From: Amoebidium appalachense
Taxonomy: Eukaryota > Protista > Ichthyosporea
Assembly: GCA_963693365.1 (NCBI GenBank)
Contig: CAVNZM010000017.1
Coordinates: 1,527,989-1,591,988, forward strand
Direction: 5' to 3'
Length of the DNA: 64,000 bases
Shown: positions 1 to 63,549 of the stretch, one piece after another
Numbering within the stretch: the first letter of the stretch is position 1
How the letters are laid out: each line of letters opens with the position of its first letter
Notes under the pieces: generated by a model
What the model saw: the letters and a program-made list of their open reading frames with translations, nothing else
Databases searched by the model: none
Told to the model about the DNA's origin: nothing
Made by a program: the position numbers and the translations under genes

Positions 1-299
1 GCTGAGATCTTCTACACCCTTGTGCGCCAGATCAACGCACAGGTACCAACCCCCCCCCCCCCCCCCCCCCCCACCCCCCCCTTCACCCCCTCTTCCCTCC
101 CTCCCACCTAACATACACACACACACCTGCGCGTGTGCACGCACATGCGCACCTGTAGTGTATTGTCAGTTATGGTTGTGCACATCGAATTTTGCATTTT
201 ATAAACACAACACCTCCCCCCCCAAAAAAAAAATCAGAACGGTTACCACTACTCACTCATTTAACCTTTGCAAACCAATTACCAGCACGAACACACACA

Positions 300-375
<76 letters not shown>

Positions 376-1139
376 CTGGGAGAGAAAGGCATTGCTTGTG
401 CTGCATGCTCTGTCGCTTCCTCGGTGCCTTCCATATATATATGGTTCAACCTAGTGATCCGTCTTTGTGCTTCGTGTGATGTGCCGTCCTCCCCCCCCCC
501 CCCCCCCCCCCCCCCCAAACACACACACTCGTGCACATGCACAGGCACATGCACAGGCACATGCACACACATGCACGTCAAAAAAAAAGAGGGGGACAGG
601 CGGAAAGTGGGGGGGAAGAGAAGAATGAAAGTGAGAAATACTTTTGGTGGGCCTGTGTTGCACTGTCAGGTTAACTTAAAATTTCTCTTTTGGGGAGCAC
701 TTGCATGTGTTTGCCTACGCGTATTAGACTTTCGATTTGCGGGGCTGCTATACGGGAGAAGGAGCTTTGTGGCTGTGTGAAAGGGCAGAAGGGTTTGCGT
801 CGTGGGGGGTTGCGTCTGTGACCTACGTCTCCTTCTGACTTCTTTCCGTTGTTTATCTCACAAAAAAAAAAAAAAAAAAAAAGCTGCAATAATATGGTGT
901 CTTCATGTTCCGCTTGTTCCTTTGAACCACAACCAGAAATTATTAATTCAGCTGAACCATTATTTCTCTAGATGCAAACCGTGTGTACGACTAATCTGAA
1001 TGGAACGTCGTTCCCCCTGTTCGCAAACCATATTTTGCTAATCCGATTGAAAGTTGATTGGTGTGCTGACATACTGTGCCCGTTTCAGACACCAACCCAG
1101 GACAAGAAGAAGAAGAAGGGTGGCTGCAACCTCTTGTGA
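1..1139 (+). CDS. RAP1: Ras-family small GTPase, Rap1-like; last two exons (1-42, 1089-1139), 5' part lies outside the window
   Basis: Exon 1-42 reads AEIFYTLVRQINAQ (Rap1 has EIFYDLVRQIN), followed by a GT donor. After tttcAG, exon 1089-1139 reads TPTQDKKKKKGGCNLL*, a polybasic tract plus CaaX box ending in Leu. Confidence 0.85.
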
Positions 1140-1619
1140 AGAAACACCCGTGTTTTCACTTCGTTGTATATGCACATAGCAAGAATTTTTAGGCTTTCCG
1201 GTTTTTCTACCCGTGTTTTTGCACTCCTTGCTCTTTTCTTGTTCTTATTTGATTATAGCTTAGCAGCACGGTTGTCGGCATATGAAATTTATTCGAAATA
1301 TATTGAACACTTTGGTACATACATTCATACATACGACCCATACCTTGACATAGAGACATACATACGCACAGTTACTAGTGATTAAACTTTTCAACGCACA
1401 CATTCAACACGTGCAAACACATGCAAACCAAGTCTCCGAGTTACTCATCATGATTGGTTTACACGAGATTTCAAGATTCACATGGCGCTGGTTTGTATAG
1501 GATAGCTGCTTATGAGCAAAACTTGATCCCTGGTGTAGGATCTGTCCTTGAAATCTCCAACTGCAATAAACTGTGGCACTTTGCTGTGGCACTGGTCCTG
1601 CTCATGATTATTGGCCCAT

Positions 1620-1658
<39 letters not shown>

Positions 1659-2124
1659 AAAAAAAAAAAAACACAAAACACACACACACACAGGCACACA
1701 GCAAAACCACCACCACACACCCACACGGACACACGCGCACATCTATTCACCACAATGTCATGTACACGACGTATCCACACATGCGTGCAGGCACCTACAC
1801 AGAAGCCTGGCCAACTGCCACTTTACACACGCCAACTAACCAAGTGCACAGCTGCTTCACTGTACTCACATTGATGCTATTACTGGCCCCCGGCCTTTTG
1901 GCACATGCGCGCGTGTTGATGAACGCACGAATGCACAAGTTTCTGGCTGAAATTCTGTCGGACCGCAACAAGTTCACAGCGAATAATTATCACATCTTTC
2001 CCTGCGGTAACACGCACTTCAGCAAAAAAACGTGTGCCGCCACGTGTACGCACCAATTGCAGCGACGCACAGATGACAACGGTCGCGGCTCGAAAAGCCT
2101 TTACCCACTTTTATTGCGGTTTTT

Positions 2125-2240
2125 GTAGCCAATTATCTACAACACCGTTTACCCAAAAAAGACATATTGGAACAAATCAAAAAGCGTATATTTAGGTAAC
2201 CCAATCATATTGTCGGAATCTTCCGTCGTCTGATTGGTTC
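2125..2240. promoter_or_regulatory. Putative promoter with clustered CCAAT boxes upstream of the secreted-protein gene
   Basis: CCAAT near 2129 and 2201 and reverse ATTGG near 2167 and 2233, upstream of a probable 5'UTR intron (GTAAGC at 2374 to TTGCAG at 2442). Motif match only. Confidence 0.3.
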
Positions 2241-2491
2241 TAAATCCTATCAGTTACGCAAACGATCAAGCGCGCGAAGTTGAATGCAGGCCTGTGTCCT
2301 CGGAAAGTTGGCAGAGGGCGTCATTCTCTTCAACGACTTTTATCGTTCGTTTCACGTTGTGCACACAGAAACAGTAAGCAGATAACTCTTTCCCAAACGT
2401 ATTTAAGGATTCTAAAAGAAATCTACTTTTTTTTTCTTGCAGGCTTACACTTGTAGAAACGTTGGAAATCCACTTCCCTCTGTGTTCAAAA

Positions 2492-3082
2492 ATGGCGTTT
2501 TCTCCTCGCATTCTCCTAGTTCTGATGGCCACCTTTTCGGTCGCATTTTCCTTCCCTATTTTCCGCTGGTTTACTGACTCAAACGGAGACCAAGCACGCC
2601 GTTCATCCCGCCCTAGCGTAGGAACCAGGGTAATGGCACGCAGACACGCAATCCTCACGGAGCCTAACTGCCCCGACCTCATGGGGCCGAAGGGAAGAAT
2701 AGGAAGTGTTGACTACAAGCTCATAGCCACATCAAGCGACAACTCGAAACAAAGCCTCCAGTTTTCTTGGCAGCTCCCCGTCGGTCTTAACCTAAACCGC
2801 CCCTTCCGCGTTTCCTATGGTGTTGAGTATTATCCCAACGGTTGGGCAACCGACACACCCATGCGCCATATCACGACGGTGGAAAACAACGATTCTGCTA
2901 CTGCTACTATTGTTTTCCGGAAGACGGATATTGATCATTGGTGTGGTTTCCGCTTTGTTGCTTCGTATTACCAGGATGGCTGTGGAATGGGAGACGAGCA
3001 GAAGCAGGATTTCGGCTCTTGGAGCGCACGTTCTTGCTTGGTGAGGGAGATGCCTAACGAGCCGGGTAATGAGGAGTTGTAA
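2492..3082 (+). CDS. Hypothetical secreted protein (196 aa) with signal peptide and possible beta-sandwich/FN3-like domain; intronless CDS
   Basis: High-complexity, repeat-free ORF. N-terminus MAFSPRILLVLMATFSVAFS looks like a signal peptide. Four Cys and beta-strand-like segments (SLQFSWQLP, YGVEYYP, FRFVASYY). Fold call is inference. Confidence 0.7.
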   Translation: MAFSPRILLVLMATFSVAFSFPIFRWFTDSNGDQARRSSRPSVGTRVMARRHAILTEPNCPDLMGPKGRIGSVDYKLIATSSDNSKQSLQFSWQLPVGLNLNRPFRVSYGVEYYPNGWATDTPMRHITTVENNDSATATIVFRKTDIDHWCGFRFVASYYQDGCGMGDEQKQDFGSWSARSCLVREMPNEPGNEEL

Positions 3083-3722
3083 ACGCACAAAAAACACAAA
3101 ACACCACACAAACCCAAGCATTTGATGCAGCAAGAAAGCTACAAGCCGAGAGAGATATGCTGACCAGCAAGCTGTATTCGATGACATACTTTAGTGAAAA
3201 ATTGGACTTGCAACATATAACATTTTGTGCGCTTGAAAAACAACGAGCTTAGTAGCTCCAACATGCTGGTAACACCGCACATTTGCCTTGAAAATTGCTT
3301 GTTCTGGAAACATTTAGAGAGTGAATCAACCCCGTGTAAATCAAACGCGAACCCTCAAAAAACATGCATCTGCTAAATTTCTGGTTTTATTTTGCGATGT
3401 TCTGTAAAGGTGCTGCCTGCAAACATATGCAGGCAGTGTAAAGTATGTGTTGTAAAAAGGTTTGAGAATCACAAGAGCTTGAGGAGTGTAAATACACAAG
3501 GTTGGACTCAGTCTGGATGTGCTGCACGGGATACTGTGCACCATGTCAGTAAACTCTATAATGCTTTATTGTGCACAGTTAATATAATGCCAGTGGGAAG
3601 AAGTGACTTTCTCGCGCACTGTTGGGTGATGGAATCGGACTTCGACGTGATATGGGAGGTAATATGTGTGTGTGTTTGTGTGTGTGTGTATGTGTGTGTC
3701 ACGTGTTTTTTTTTTTTTTTTT

Positions 3723-3754
<32 letters not shown>

Positions 3755-4846
3755 GGGATTTGTGTTGCGGCACAGAGGTACAATGCAGCTTTCTTGGCGA
3801 AAAAGCGGCGTTGAAGGGGCCAACTGAGGGAGATAACTCTGCGTGCGCATCTGTGGGTGGTTGGGGGGGGGGGAGAGGGGGGGGGGGGGGGGGGGGGGAG
3901 GAAACCTGGGAGGCACACTGGTGTTGGGTTTTCCTAACGAATGAAGTGCGATAACAACTAGTTGCTCGTGTTCTGCACATGTACAGAACTGAATGGGGTG
4001 TATACGTATACAGAGCGACATCGGCATGGTTCACGGAATAGCGACTCGGAGACTACATATGGATGGCCTGTAGCATGAATGATTATTATCATGATAGCTC
4101 ATAAAAGCGTGTGATCTGTGTGGGATTCACTGTGTCTGTTTTACGGGCACAGCCCATTAATTTTTATTATTTTGTCCCTACATGGTGAGGTTTTTACCGG
4201 GCTGAACCCTTAGACGGCGGCTCAAGGCAGTTCTCTACTGTGAGCTGTGAATCGGACTGACTCTGACGGACATAATGTCCTATTTGCAAAAGAAAAAGAC
4301 TCACAACATGGCCGCACAGGCAGCTTACGGTAACGGATACGGTAACCGCATACAACATAAATGACCTGAAACAAACACATACTATTAGTACGTGCAACAA
4401 GTGCGTCACCCAAACTTAGTCTGTCATTGTACGTATATACATATGTACTGTGACGTCTTTCCTTACTACGTGCTAGTACGCACCCCCCGAGTCTTGGCAC
4501 CAAACCACTACCCACCACTGCACCAGTGGGCCACCAGCCCTCGATTGGGGTGAGTCGATCACCCAGCGACATCGATCAGAATTCGCTGATTGAAAATTGA
4601 ATGGGCCAAAGTTTGTAAGAGCGCTTTATATAGGAGGCTTTGATGGGCCACTTGCAGGCAACCACCACACACACATGTAACACACACCCCGCCACACACA
4701 CACTCATACACGTGTACCTGCGCACATGCACGCACACACGCACGCACACGCATGCACACACACGCACACACAAACACACAAAAACACCCCCCCGCACACA
4801 TACTCACACACACAAACAACGCGTGTGACACACACAGAACACGCAC

Positions 4847-5012
<166 letters not shown>

Positions 5013-5364
5013 CACGCTGCCATGAATAGCACGCACGGTCACCCACTCCGTCACGGCCACCCCCATAAAAAAGATGGTGCACTGTGTACACACTGGTGAT
5101 GCCCCGCAATATTACCACATGCAGGCTGGCGTGTGCACGTGGTGCTTCGGATCGCGATCAATAGAACACTGTGGGTGCGCCCACGGCCAATTATAAATCA
5201 CATCTTGATAATGCCAATCAAAAGGGCTTATGATTAAACATGTTGGGCATTGTTTTGGTTTTTCAACCAATCGTAACTCAAGCTGAATTTGGTCTAATAT
5301 GATTGTCTTACGGTGCACAGAGTCACAACACCGCAATCATCAGTTACAACCTCCCCCCCCCCCC

Positions 5365-5395
<31 letters not shown>

Positions 5396-5584
5396 ACACA
5401 TATAGACACACGAAAAAAGAGAACAAGACGAAAAGAAAAGAAAAAAGAAAAAACACTTTCACAAACACAAACAACACCAAGAGCTACAGTGCACACAACT
5501 TAAGTGCACTTGCACAGACACACACCTGCTAATGCCGCCCCTGCAACCCCATGCCCCCCCCCCCCTCCCCCCCCCCTTTCCCCG

Positions 5585-5631
<47 letters not shown>

Positions 5632-5832
5632 ACACACAAACAGTGCAAATCCCACCCCCCCAAACGAAAATATTCTTAGTAGAAAACAAAAAACAGAACA
5701 TGAAAGCTATAAATTAATACTATACAATGCTCTAATTATGGGACTTTATTGGATTATTAAAGTTTTTTATTTATAATGTTTTTAATATTTATATGATTTT
5801 CGTTCATAACTCTCATTGACAATTATCTACAG

Positions 5833-6200
5833 TGTTCGATACCCGACGGATCCGCGGTTCCCCCCTTGCCCTTACAGACGCAAAACTTGCACCGAAATTT
5901 CTTTTGATAGTCGGAGGGGAGATATTCTTCCTACTTCTTGCCTCTCTCGTCGGAAAACTGGGTCATCAGATGATCGGCGTCCCGATTGCGATTGAAAATC
6001 TCGCAATCAATCGCGTTATGAAGCAGGAAACATACAACGTGGAACAATCTACTTCTGGCATACAACGGGGCTCTTGTTGTGTTGTGTGCCGTCATGTCTT
6101 ATAAGATCAGAGCTGTGCCTGCAAATTTCAAAGAGGTATGCGCTGAAACCCCTACCCCTTCCTCCTCCTCCCCCCCCCCCCCCCCCCCCCCCCCCTCCCC

Positions 6201-6261
<61 letters not shown>

Positions 6262-7443
6262 CCCCACGCCCGGCGCGGTGTCTTTGCATGGCAGTGGTGG
6301 TGTTGGGGGGGGGGGGGGGGGGGGGGGGGAGGGGATGGAGGCGGGGAGGAGGGAGGGGGGGAGGGGGAGGCGGTGAGTTGCGGGGGAAGAAAAATGCAAC
6401 AGAGAAAGGTTTGTCTGTGTTTATAGGCTAGGGGATGTGGTTGTGTGTGTATGTCACGTAATGTGGGGAAGGGGATAAAGAGAAATTGGCCCGCCCCGGG
6501 GGGAGGGGATCATATTCTGACTTTGCGCCCTCCCTCCCCCCCCCCCCCCCCCCCCCCCCCCCTCCCCCTCTTCCCCCACCCCCGCCCCCCTCTCCCCCCC
6601 CCCCCCCCCCCCCCCCCCCGCCTCCCCTCCGCCCACCCGCCACAGAATCGATTCATGTTTGCAATCTGCAACAATCTCCTGATGGTATCTTTGGTGTTGA
6701 TTCCGGCCGTTTTCTTTATGTCCGATCGCCCGGTGGAGCTCGTGTCGATCGTGTGCGGACTTTTGTGGTTTGCGCTCATCTCCATTGTCTTTGTGCTGTT
6801 CACGCCTAAACTCCTATCCGCATCCGAAGTTTACCGTATCGGATTGTCGATGACGTCAAACCCCCAATCAGGTTCAATGACAAAGGGCCAAACTCTGTCC
6901 AAAACCAAGGCGTCCCACCAGGCGTCAAAACAGGCTCTGGTGCCGAAAACCACCGGACTTTCCCCAATTACGCAAATGATTCTATAATCAAACGGGAACG
7001 TTTCCGGGCCGAACGAAACCGCCGATCAACACACATCCATGTATAAGGGAGATGCAATCGAAGACGCCGCGGAAATTCGCCAGGAGATCGCGATCTTGCG
7101 ATCTGAGATTTCGACTATGCGCGAGACCATGGAGCGGTTGCGCAACCGCCACCCACAGGGGGGTCTATCGGAATCAAATTTCAGCCAAGATCTGGAGGGT
7201 AACCTTATGAAGGCGGTAAGAGTGTTGAGTTCTAAGTTGGAGAGTATGGAATCCCGTACCCAAACCGGAAATTCAGGCTCAGATTCAAATTCCAGTTTAA
7301 GTGTACCGGAAATTGGAAATGGTGCACCCGTGGGCCGCACGTTTCGTAGCAATACAGGAACGTTGGGGACGTCAAGTACGGAAGTCGGCGAAATTTCGGG
7401 TTCTTTGATGGGGGCTACTGGGGTGAGCGTAGAAGGTCATTGA
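5833..7443 (+). pseudogene. Class C (GABA-B/7tm_3-like) GPCR fragment: TM4-TM7 plus coiled-coil tail, disrupted
   Basis: Exon 5833-6135 has TM4 (KFLLIVGGEIFFLLLASLV), then in a shifted frame WNNLLLAYNGALVVLCAVMSYKIRAVPANFKE. Exon from 6646 reads NRFMFAICNNLLMVSLVLIPAV...IVFVLFTPKLL. In-frame TAA at 6985-6987 precedes a same-frame coiled coil (EIRQEIAILRSEISTMRETMERL) ending at 7443. No TM1-3 exons found upstream. Confidence 0.7.
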
Positions 7444-8093
7444 GACTGATACTGCGGAATTTTAATCGGGTTTTATTTATATTTTTTTGCGATTGAAGGG
7501 AGAGATAGATTAAGAAAGAAGGAATTCCTTAATTGGGGAAGTTGGCAGGATTGTGGTAGGTGAGTTAGACTGATTTGACATCTTACAGTGGCGTTACAGT
7601 TGACGGTCTGTTGCAGGTTTGAGCATTTCTCTGCAGCTTCTAAATTTTTAACTTTATAGTTAAAACTTGAAAAAAAATAAAAAATAGACGTCTGACCAAA
7701 GAATATCTTCTGCCGGCATTGGGGGGTAAGCAGCATGGTCATCTAAATATGGCACATAACATCCTGAAGAAACTCGGGAAAAGCATATGCAGATTGGGGG
7801 AAAAAACGTTTATGGGAAGGATACATGGTGCCAAACCCTTCAAACTGTATCTGTTATTGGGCGGGGGAAGGGGGGGGGGGTTCCGCGGGAGGTCTAAGGG
7901 GGGGAGGGGGGTGGGGGGGGGGGTGGGGGGAGAGAGAGAGAGAGAGAGGAGGAGGGAGGGGGGAGTGGGGAGGCATAAAACTCAAATGTGAAGATCAGCG
8001 GTGAACGTTCTCGATGAGAGTATAGAAGCTTATAAATATAGGCACTAGGGGCCGGGGGGGGGGGGGAGGGGGGAGGGCAGGAGGGGGGGGGTG

Positions 8094-8127
<34 letters not shown>

Positions 8128-8311
8128 AGGGGGGGGTGGGGGGGGGTGCAGTTTTACTGAGTGTTAACCCCTAAGGCTTACAAAAGTGGAATTGAGGGGT
8201 GTCTTGTGGGAGGCTCGATGATTGGTGAATAAACAAGAAGCTGCAGTGCACATGTGCAAGGCAAATATTTAGCAACAAACGGCAGATCCACAGATCTCTA
8301 GGGTCCCCCCC

Positions 8312-8342
<31 letters not shown>

Positions 8343-9476
8343 AAAAAAAGGAGGGCCCGCTTTCTATTATTACATCTTCTCATGTGATCCCGCATTGGGT
8401 CGCGCAGTTTGATCCAAGCCCAACAGTATTTTCTGCCACTGACAGTGATATTAGACCCCGGCACTCATTGTATAAGATCTCGGTGTGATTTGACCGGACC
8501 TATGGCCCGGCTTCCCCAACCAGGCCACCGTGTTTCTTGTGCCTTAAGCAAGATGTTAATGTGCCCATGTACTGTGCATCTGCTGCTAACACATGGTCAA
8601 CTTGAAGGGTGCGCACGTGCACAGAACCGGCGGGGGGGGGGGGGGGGGGGGGGGGGGGGAGGGGAATAAAAGGAACTAAGAATTAGGGATAAATAAAGGC
8701 AACTTGGTGAATGCTTTAATTCATTGACGCTGTCGGCTTCATGATCTTTCAGACCCAACTTCATATGTATCTTCTAAAAAGTATGTCAAAATATACTTCC
8801 GGGAATTCGAATAAAAAACTGGGAACAGGGAAGATTTTGTGAGATCTTTGCAATTTTCACACATCCATTCGCAAACTGAACCTATGTGATACCGAGAAAA
8901 GGCCTAAAAACAAAGCCGACAGATGAAACACACCCATATTCCAATACGAAACACACCCATAAAAGCAAACAATAAAAACAAACCAAAAAGTAAACATATT
9001 GCAAAATCGAAAAAAATATGTATGGACTAATAATATTCGCGCGATCGCACGATTAGCCAAATATAGAAATTTGGGCGGGACGTTTTGCGCGCCAATTTTT
9101 TTTTCTTATAAAACAAAGAAAAAAGTAGGAGTATTCCAATATGAAACACACCCGTGTTCCGACGCTTTCACTAAACATCCAACAACACATGGTAAATACG
9201 TCTGCAAGTTGTCAGTCTCATCGATTCATAACCGAAACATTGCCCAAAAAAACAAACTTCACATACAAAACATAATACGCATCGTAGCTATACATCAATT
9301 CTTAGCCCTGTGAGATTCCATGATCTGATAAGCATAGCTTTTAAAACAGAAACAAAACCAGCTTTTAAAACAAAAAAACAAACAAACCAGCTTTTACAAC
9401 AAAAATACACACACCCCAACACATCTACATAATATCCATCAACACATCTACATTTTTATGAAAACATTCCACTCCG

Positions 9477-13046
<3,570 letters not shown>

Positions 13047-13559
13047 GTTTGCGTGCTTAGCTAAGTGGGGAACCTACAGACCGGAAGTAAAGATTTTGTT
13101 GAAAGTGAGAGTGGGGTTGGGGTGGAGGTGGGTTGGTGTGTGGGTGGAGGAAGGTGTGTTTGTGTTGGGGGGGGGGGGGGGGGGGGGGGGGTGGGGGGGG
13201 GTGGGGGGGAGGGGGGGGAAGGAAGGAAGTTGAAGGGTGTGGAGATGTGTAGAGATGTTAAAGAATTTATTATGAAGCTGACATAGAGTTCAGCTGCATA
13301 CCTATTGATGAAACACCTGTGTGCGTCGTGTGTGTGTGCGCGCGTGTTTTCACGTGTGTGTTTGTGTGTAAGAAAGGCTTCAGTGCAGGTATACGTAGGC
13401 GTGTGTTTGTTTATGGTGTATAGATTGTGTTACATGTTCAGGAACGAGGGAATGTGTGAGGAGGGAAGAGTGGGGAGGAGAAAGGTGACAAAATGAGACA
13501 GGGAGTGAGGAAGGGAACGCTAGTAACTCAGTTAACATGTACCAGGAAATCACGTACTT

Positions 13560-14200
13560 TTAAATTAACTGAGAAATAGTTCAACGGAAAGTTTCGTTTT
13601 TTCAAGCGGCCGCCTAAAGTTTTGAGTTTTGACATGTCAATTATGATGACGTCATCAGAACCTTTCCATTCTTTTAAAAGTTTGCGCAAGTCAAGCACTG
13701 AATCACATTCCTGGGATCTTCTCTTGGGATCACGTGCAAACGGTCACCACCTCGTAACGCCTTCTTTCTTGACCCATTAAACGTATCTAAGTTACCCATT
13801 AGATACTAGTAAAGCAAATTATAAGCAACATTTGCATATGTAGATATAAAATATAGAGGCAGGCAATTATATATGTCTTCTTTTGTGCTTTTCGTAACGC
13901 ACGTACTGTGTCAAGTGTGCCAATAAATTTATCGCATGGCGGGTGATTAGAATTCCTGAAGATTAAAGCGGAAACACCTTAACATGATAATAATTGATTG
14001 TAATGTTTTTAAACTGGTGTAAGATTTTAACAACTTATTAAATAACCTTTTTATGTCTGATAAAGTCCCACCAGGTTTACGTGATATTGCCGTTTCTAGC
14101 GAGCTGTATGTGTTGGCAACTTGGCACAGCCCCGGCTCCGTTGGGTGCGTGAAGTGTTTTCAAGTTGTGTAGTTTCACTTTGCCGCGCTAAGGCACTGTG
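13560..14200. promoter_or_regulatory. Probable bidirectional promoter region between the minus-strand gene and myosin V
   Basis: Microsatellite-free stretch between divergent genes, with CRE palindrome TGACGTCA (~13646), E-box CACGTG (~13730) and CCAAT (~13921). Confidence 0.35.
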
Positions 14201-14443
14201 TTCTTTACGGTGTTCTGGTTACTATACACTTAAATCTACACCATAATTGCACAGAGGAAAAAAGCCAACCAAGCACCCCTTTATTCTACAAGATTCGCCA
14301 TTCAATCTACTCGCACATGTTCTGACCTATTCTGGTCAAATAGTTGGCCCTTCAAGAACTTGCACCTCCCGCAACGTTTTTCTTGTTTCAACCAACAACC
14401 AAATACACATGGGATCACATCAAAAGAAAGCAAGCAGGGAAAC

Positions 14444-52001
<37,558 letters not shown>

Positions 52002-52033
52002 TGGAAATATCTGGGTTTTTTTTTTTGGTTTTT

Positions 52034-52064
<31 letters not shown>

Positions 52065-52157
52065 GGGGTTGATTTTTTTTTTTTGTTTGCTTGCTTGTTT
52101 GCTTTTCTTTCTTGGCGTCCCCCCCCCCCCCCCCCCCCCCCCCCTCCCCCCCCCCCC

Positions 52158-52206
<49 letters not shown>

Positions 52207-53281
52207 TTTAGCTTCATAGAGGTTATCGTGTTTCATGTGCTCTACCTATCCGCACAGGCAGAATGATAAAACTAGATAACTGCAGCAGAATACAATAATA
52301 ACTAAACAGGCATGGTTTGGTTCCTTAGTATCTATTTTCGCAAGTTCTACTTATTGTGAATTTCCACGGTTTTCGTTTATTTATTTTGAAACTATATGGT
52401 CTTCTAGTTTCTGAACCGAACCAACCCCGCGATCGTGCCACAACAGTTACCACCAACGTCATAAAAATATCTGTGTAAATGGCACGTTCGTTCCGTTTTT
52501 TCTTCTTTTTTCTTGTTTTTTTGGCTCCCGGTGTCAAGTTGAAGTTTACTTTATTAGGAGATTTGCTATAGATTTTACACGTGGGAAGTAAATTCACGAA
52601 ACCCGTAAGGGTCATTGAACAGAACTAATAACTTATTTGCGGCATCAATCATTATTGGGTTTTTACCTTGTCTTTTCCTTTTTTTTTTTTTTTTTTTTTT
52701 TTTGCTCTTATCGGGCACTACATGTTGTATGCATCGCGTGCCTGTAAAATGATATGCGAGGAATTGTAAGATTGATAGTATGTGTGCTCGTGTCTAGATC
52801 GATGTGCATAGTGGCAACGTGTACATGTACAGACTATCGACATAATGGTTTATGTTATATAAATTAAGTCGAATAAGGCTGATTAATCAGTAAGGGCAAG
52901 AGGTTTTACGTACGGATGATAGTAATTATAACAGTAGCTACGTAGGTCATGCTTCTTTAAGAAACGATAAATGTACATTAATTGATATTGTACCGAACTT
53001 TCTTATTGATTGAAGGGGCCTGCTAGATAATTATCGAACAAGGACATTGTATTTGTCGTAGGATCCCGCCATTCTGTAGCATGCTCCCTTAAAGGGACAC
53101 AACAAGAATAACAATAAATTAAAGGGAAGTCACCAGGTGTAGCATAACATCGTAATGTGTGGAATAAGATTCTCTTCCTGTCATCCACAAATCACCATTG
53201 AGTATGGCTGACTGCACATGCTGCAGGAGTCATTAACAAGGCAGGCACGGAGAGATCTAGAGGGGGGGGAGAGGGGGGGGG

Positions 53282-53329
<48 letters not shown>

Positions 53330-53458
53330 AGGTCAGTGATGCATGTACCGTCACGGTACTCGTGGTTTACAGCGCTTCTCAGTTATCCTAAATTATTTAT
53401 AAGGGCCTACCCTCTATCAGCTTCGAACTCGAAAGAATTTCCTTCTCCCCTCCCCCTC

Positions 53459-53490
<32 letters not shown>

Positions 53491-53614
53491 TACTCCTAGA
53501 TCCTCCACCACCACCACACACACACACACACAAAAAAAGGAATTTAAAAAATCCAATCTAATCTATAAGCGAGCCGATTCGGCCGAGTGGAATCGGATTC
53601 TCATTCATCAGCCT

Positions 53615-53645
<31 letters not shown>

Positions 53646-53657
53646 ACACACACACGT

Positions 53658-53702
<45 letters not shown>

Positions 53703-54119
53703 TACACACACACACACACACGCACGCACGCACACACACACACACACACACACACCACCACCACCACCACCACCACGGTGACCACCACCACACACAAACA
53801 CATCCAGCCATCTACCTACCCAACCCTACACACCGATGACAAAAAAGAAAAAAGAACGAAAACCAGCAAGAAAGTAGAAAAAAAGAAAGGGAGTACACTG
53901 AAGAAATTAAAAAGGAGAAGAGGAAAAGATTAAAACCAAAACCAATTTGAATAAAGACTCAAAACGTTTTATGCCCGAATATGCGGGGACTATGAAATGA
54001 AAGGTACATAAGAAGGCACCTTTTCTGCAGCTCGAGGCTTGAAAAATCAACTAGAAACAGAATGCCTGAAACACTGACAGAATTTTTGAAACGGTGTCCT
54101 TGAAATTGAAATGACATTT

Positions 54120-54230
54120 GCTGCCAAAGACGTCATATAAAGTCAGATGAAAAAGCAAGACGTCATCGCCAATGACCGGCACATATCAAGGCCACCCAAG
54201 ATGACAGATCAAGAAAACAGACGTCACAGT
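54120..54230 (+). promoter_or_regulatory. Putative MEPCE promoter with three CRE-like AGACGTCA motifs and a CCAAT box
   Basis: AGACGTCA at 54128, 54158 and 54219; CCAAT at ~54169; 90-190 nt upstream of the likely ATG. Confidence 0.4.
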
Positions 54231-54314
54231 GCACCGGTGGACTGTGCACCTTGTGATTTTGGAAGGAGGAATTCTCAAAAAAGTAATCGAAACAGCAAGG
54301 AAACTTACATCAAC

Positions 54315-63088
<8,774 letters not shown>

Positions 63089-63137
63089 AAACGACGATTG
63101 CCCTCCGCGGCAGTAACAGAAGGGTGTGTGTGTGTGT

Positions 63138-63201
<64 letters not shown>

Positions 63202-63517
63202 TGGTGGTGGTGGTTTTTCTTTCTTTCTTTCTTTTTTTTTTTTTTTTTGGGGGGGGGGGGGGAACAACAGCAAGTTGAGGGAGGAGGAGATGGGGGGTAG
63301 GTTTGCATGTATTGCCCAAAAACGACGAATGGCTGTTTAAAATAGCTTGTCATTACAGATTTTGCACAAGCATATATCATGATGAATGGACGGCTAGTAG
63401 CCTTGACTTGTGATAAAACACACACACGTATACGTATGGACGGTAGGCCAACTCGCTCTATAGCTATTGCATCACATGTGTACACCGATTACACGTTCAG
63501 TCGTTTTTCGCTTGCCC

Positions 63518-63549
<32 letters not shown>

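Noticed and set aside
6019-6021. TGA at the conserved GPCR Cys position as selenocysteine
   Set aside because: The same gene has a frameshift, a TAA and no 5' exons, and I saw no SECIS. Pseudogene decay is simpler.
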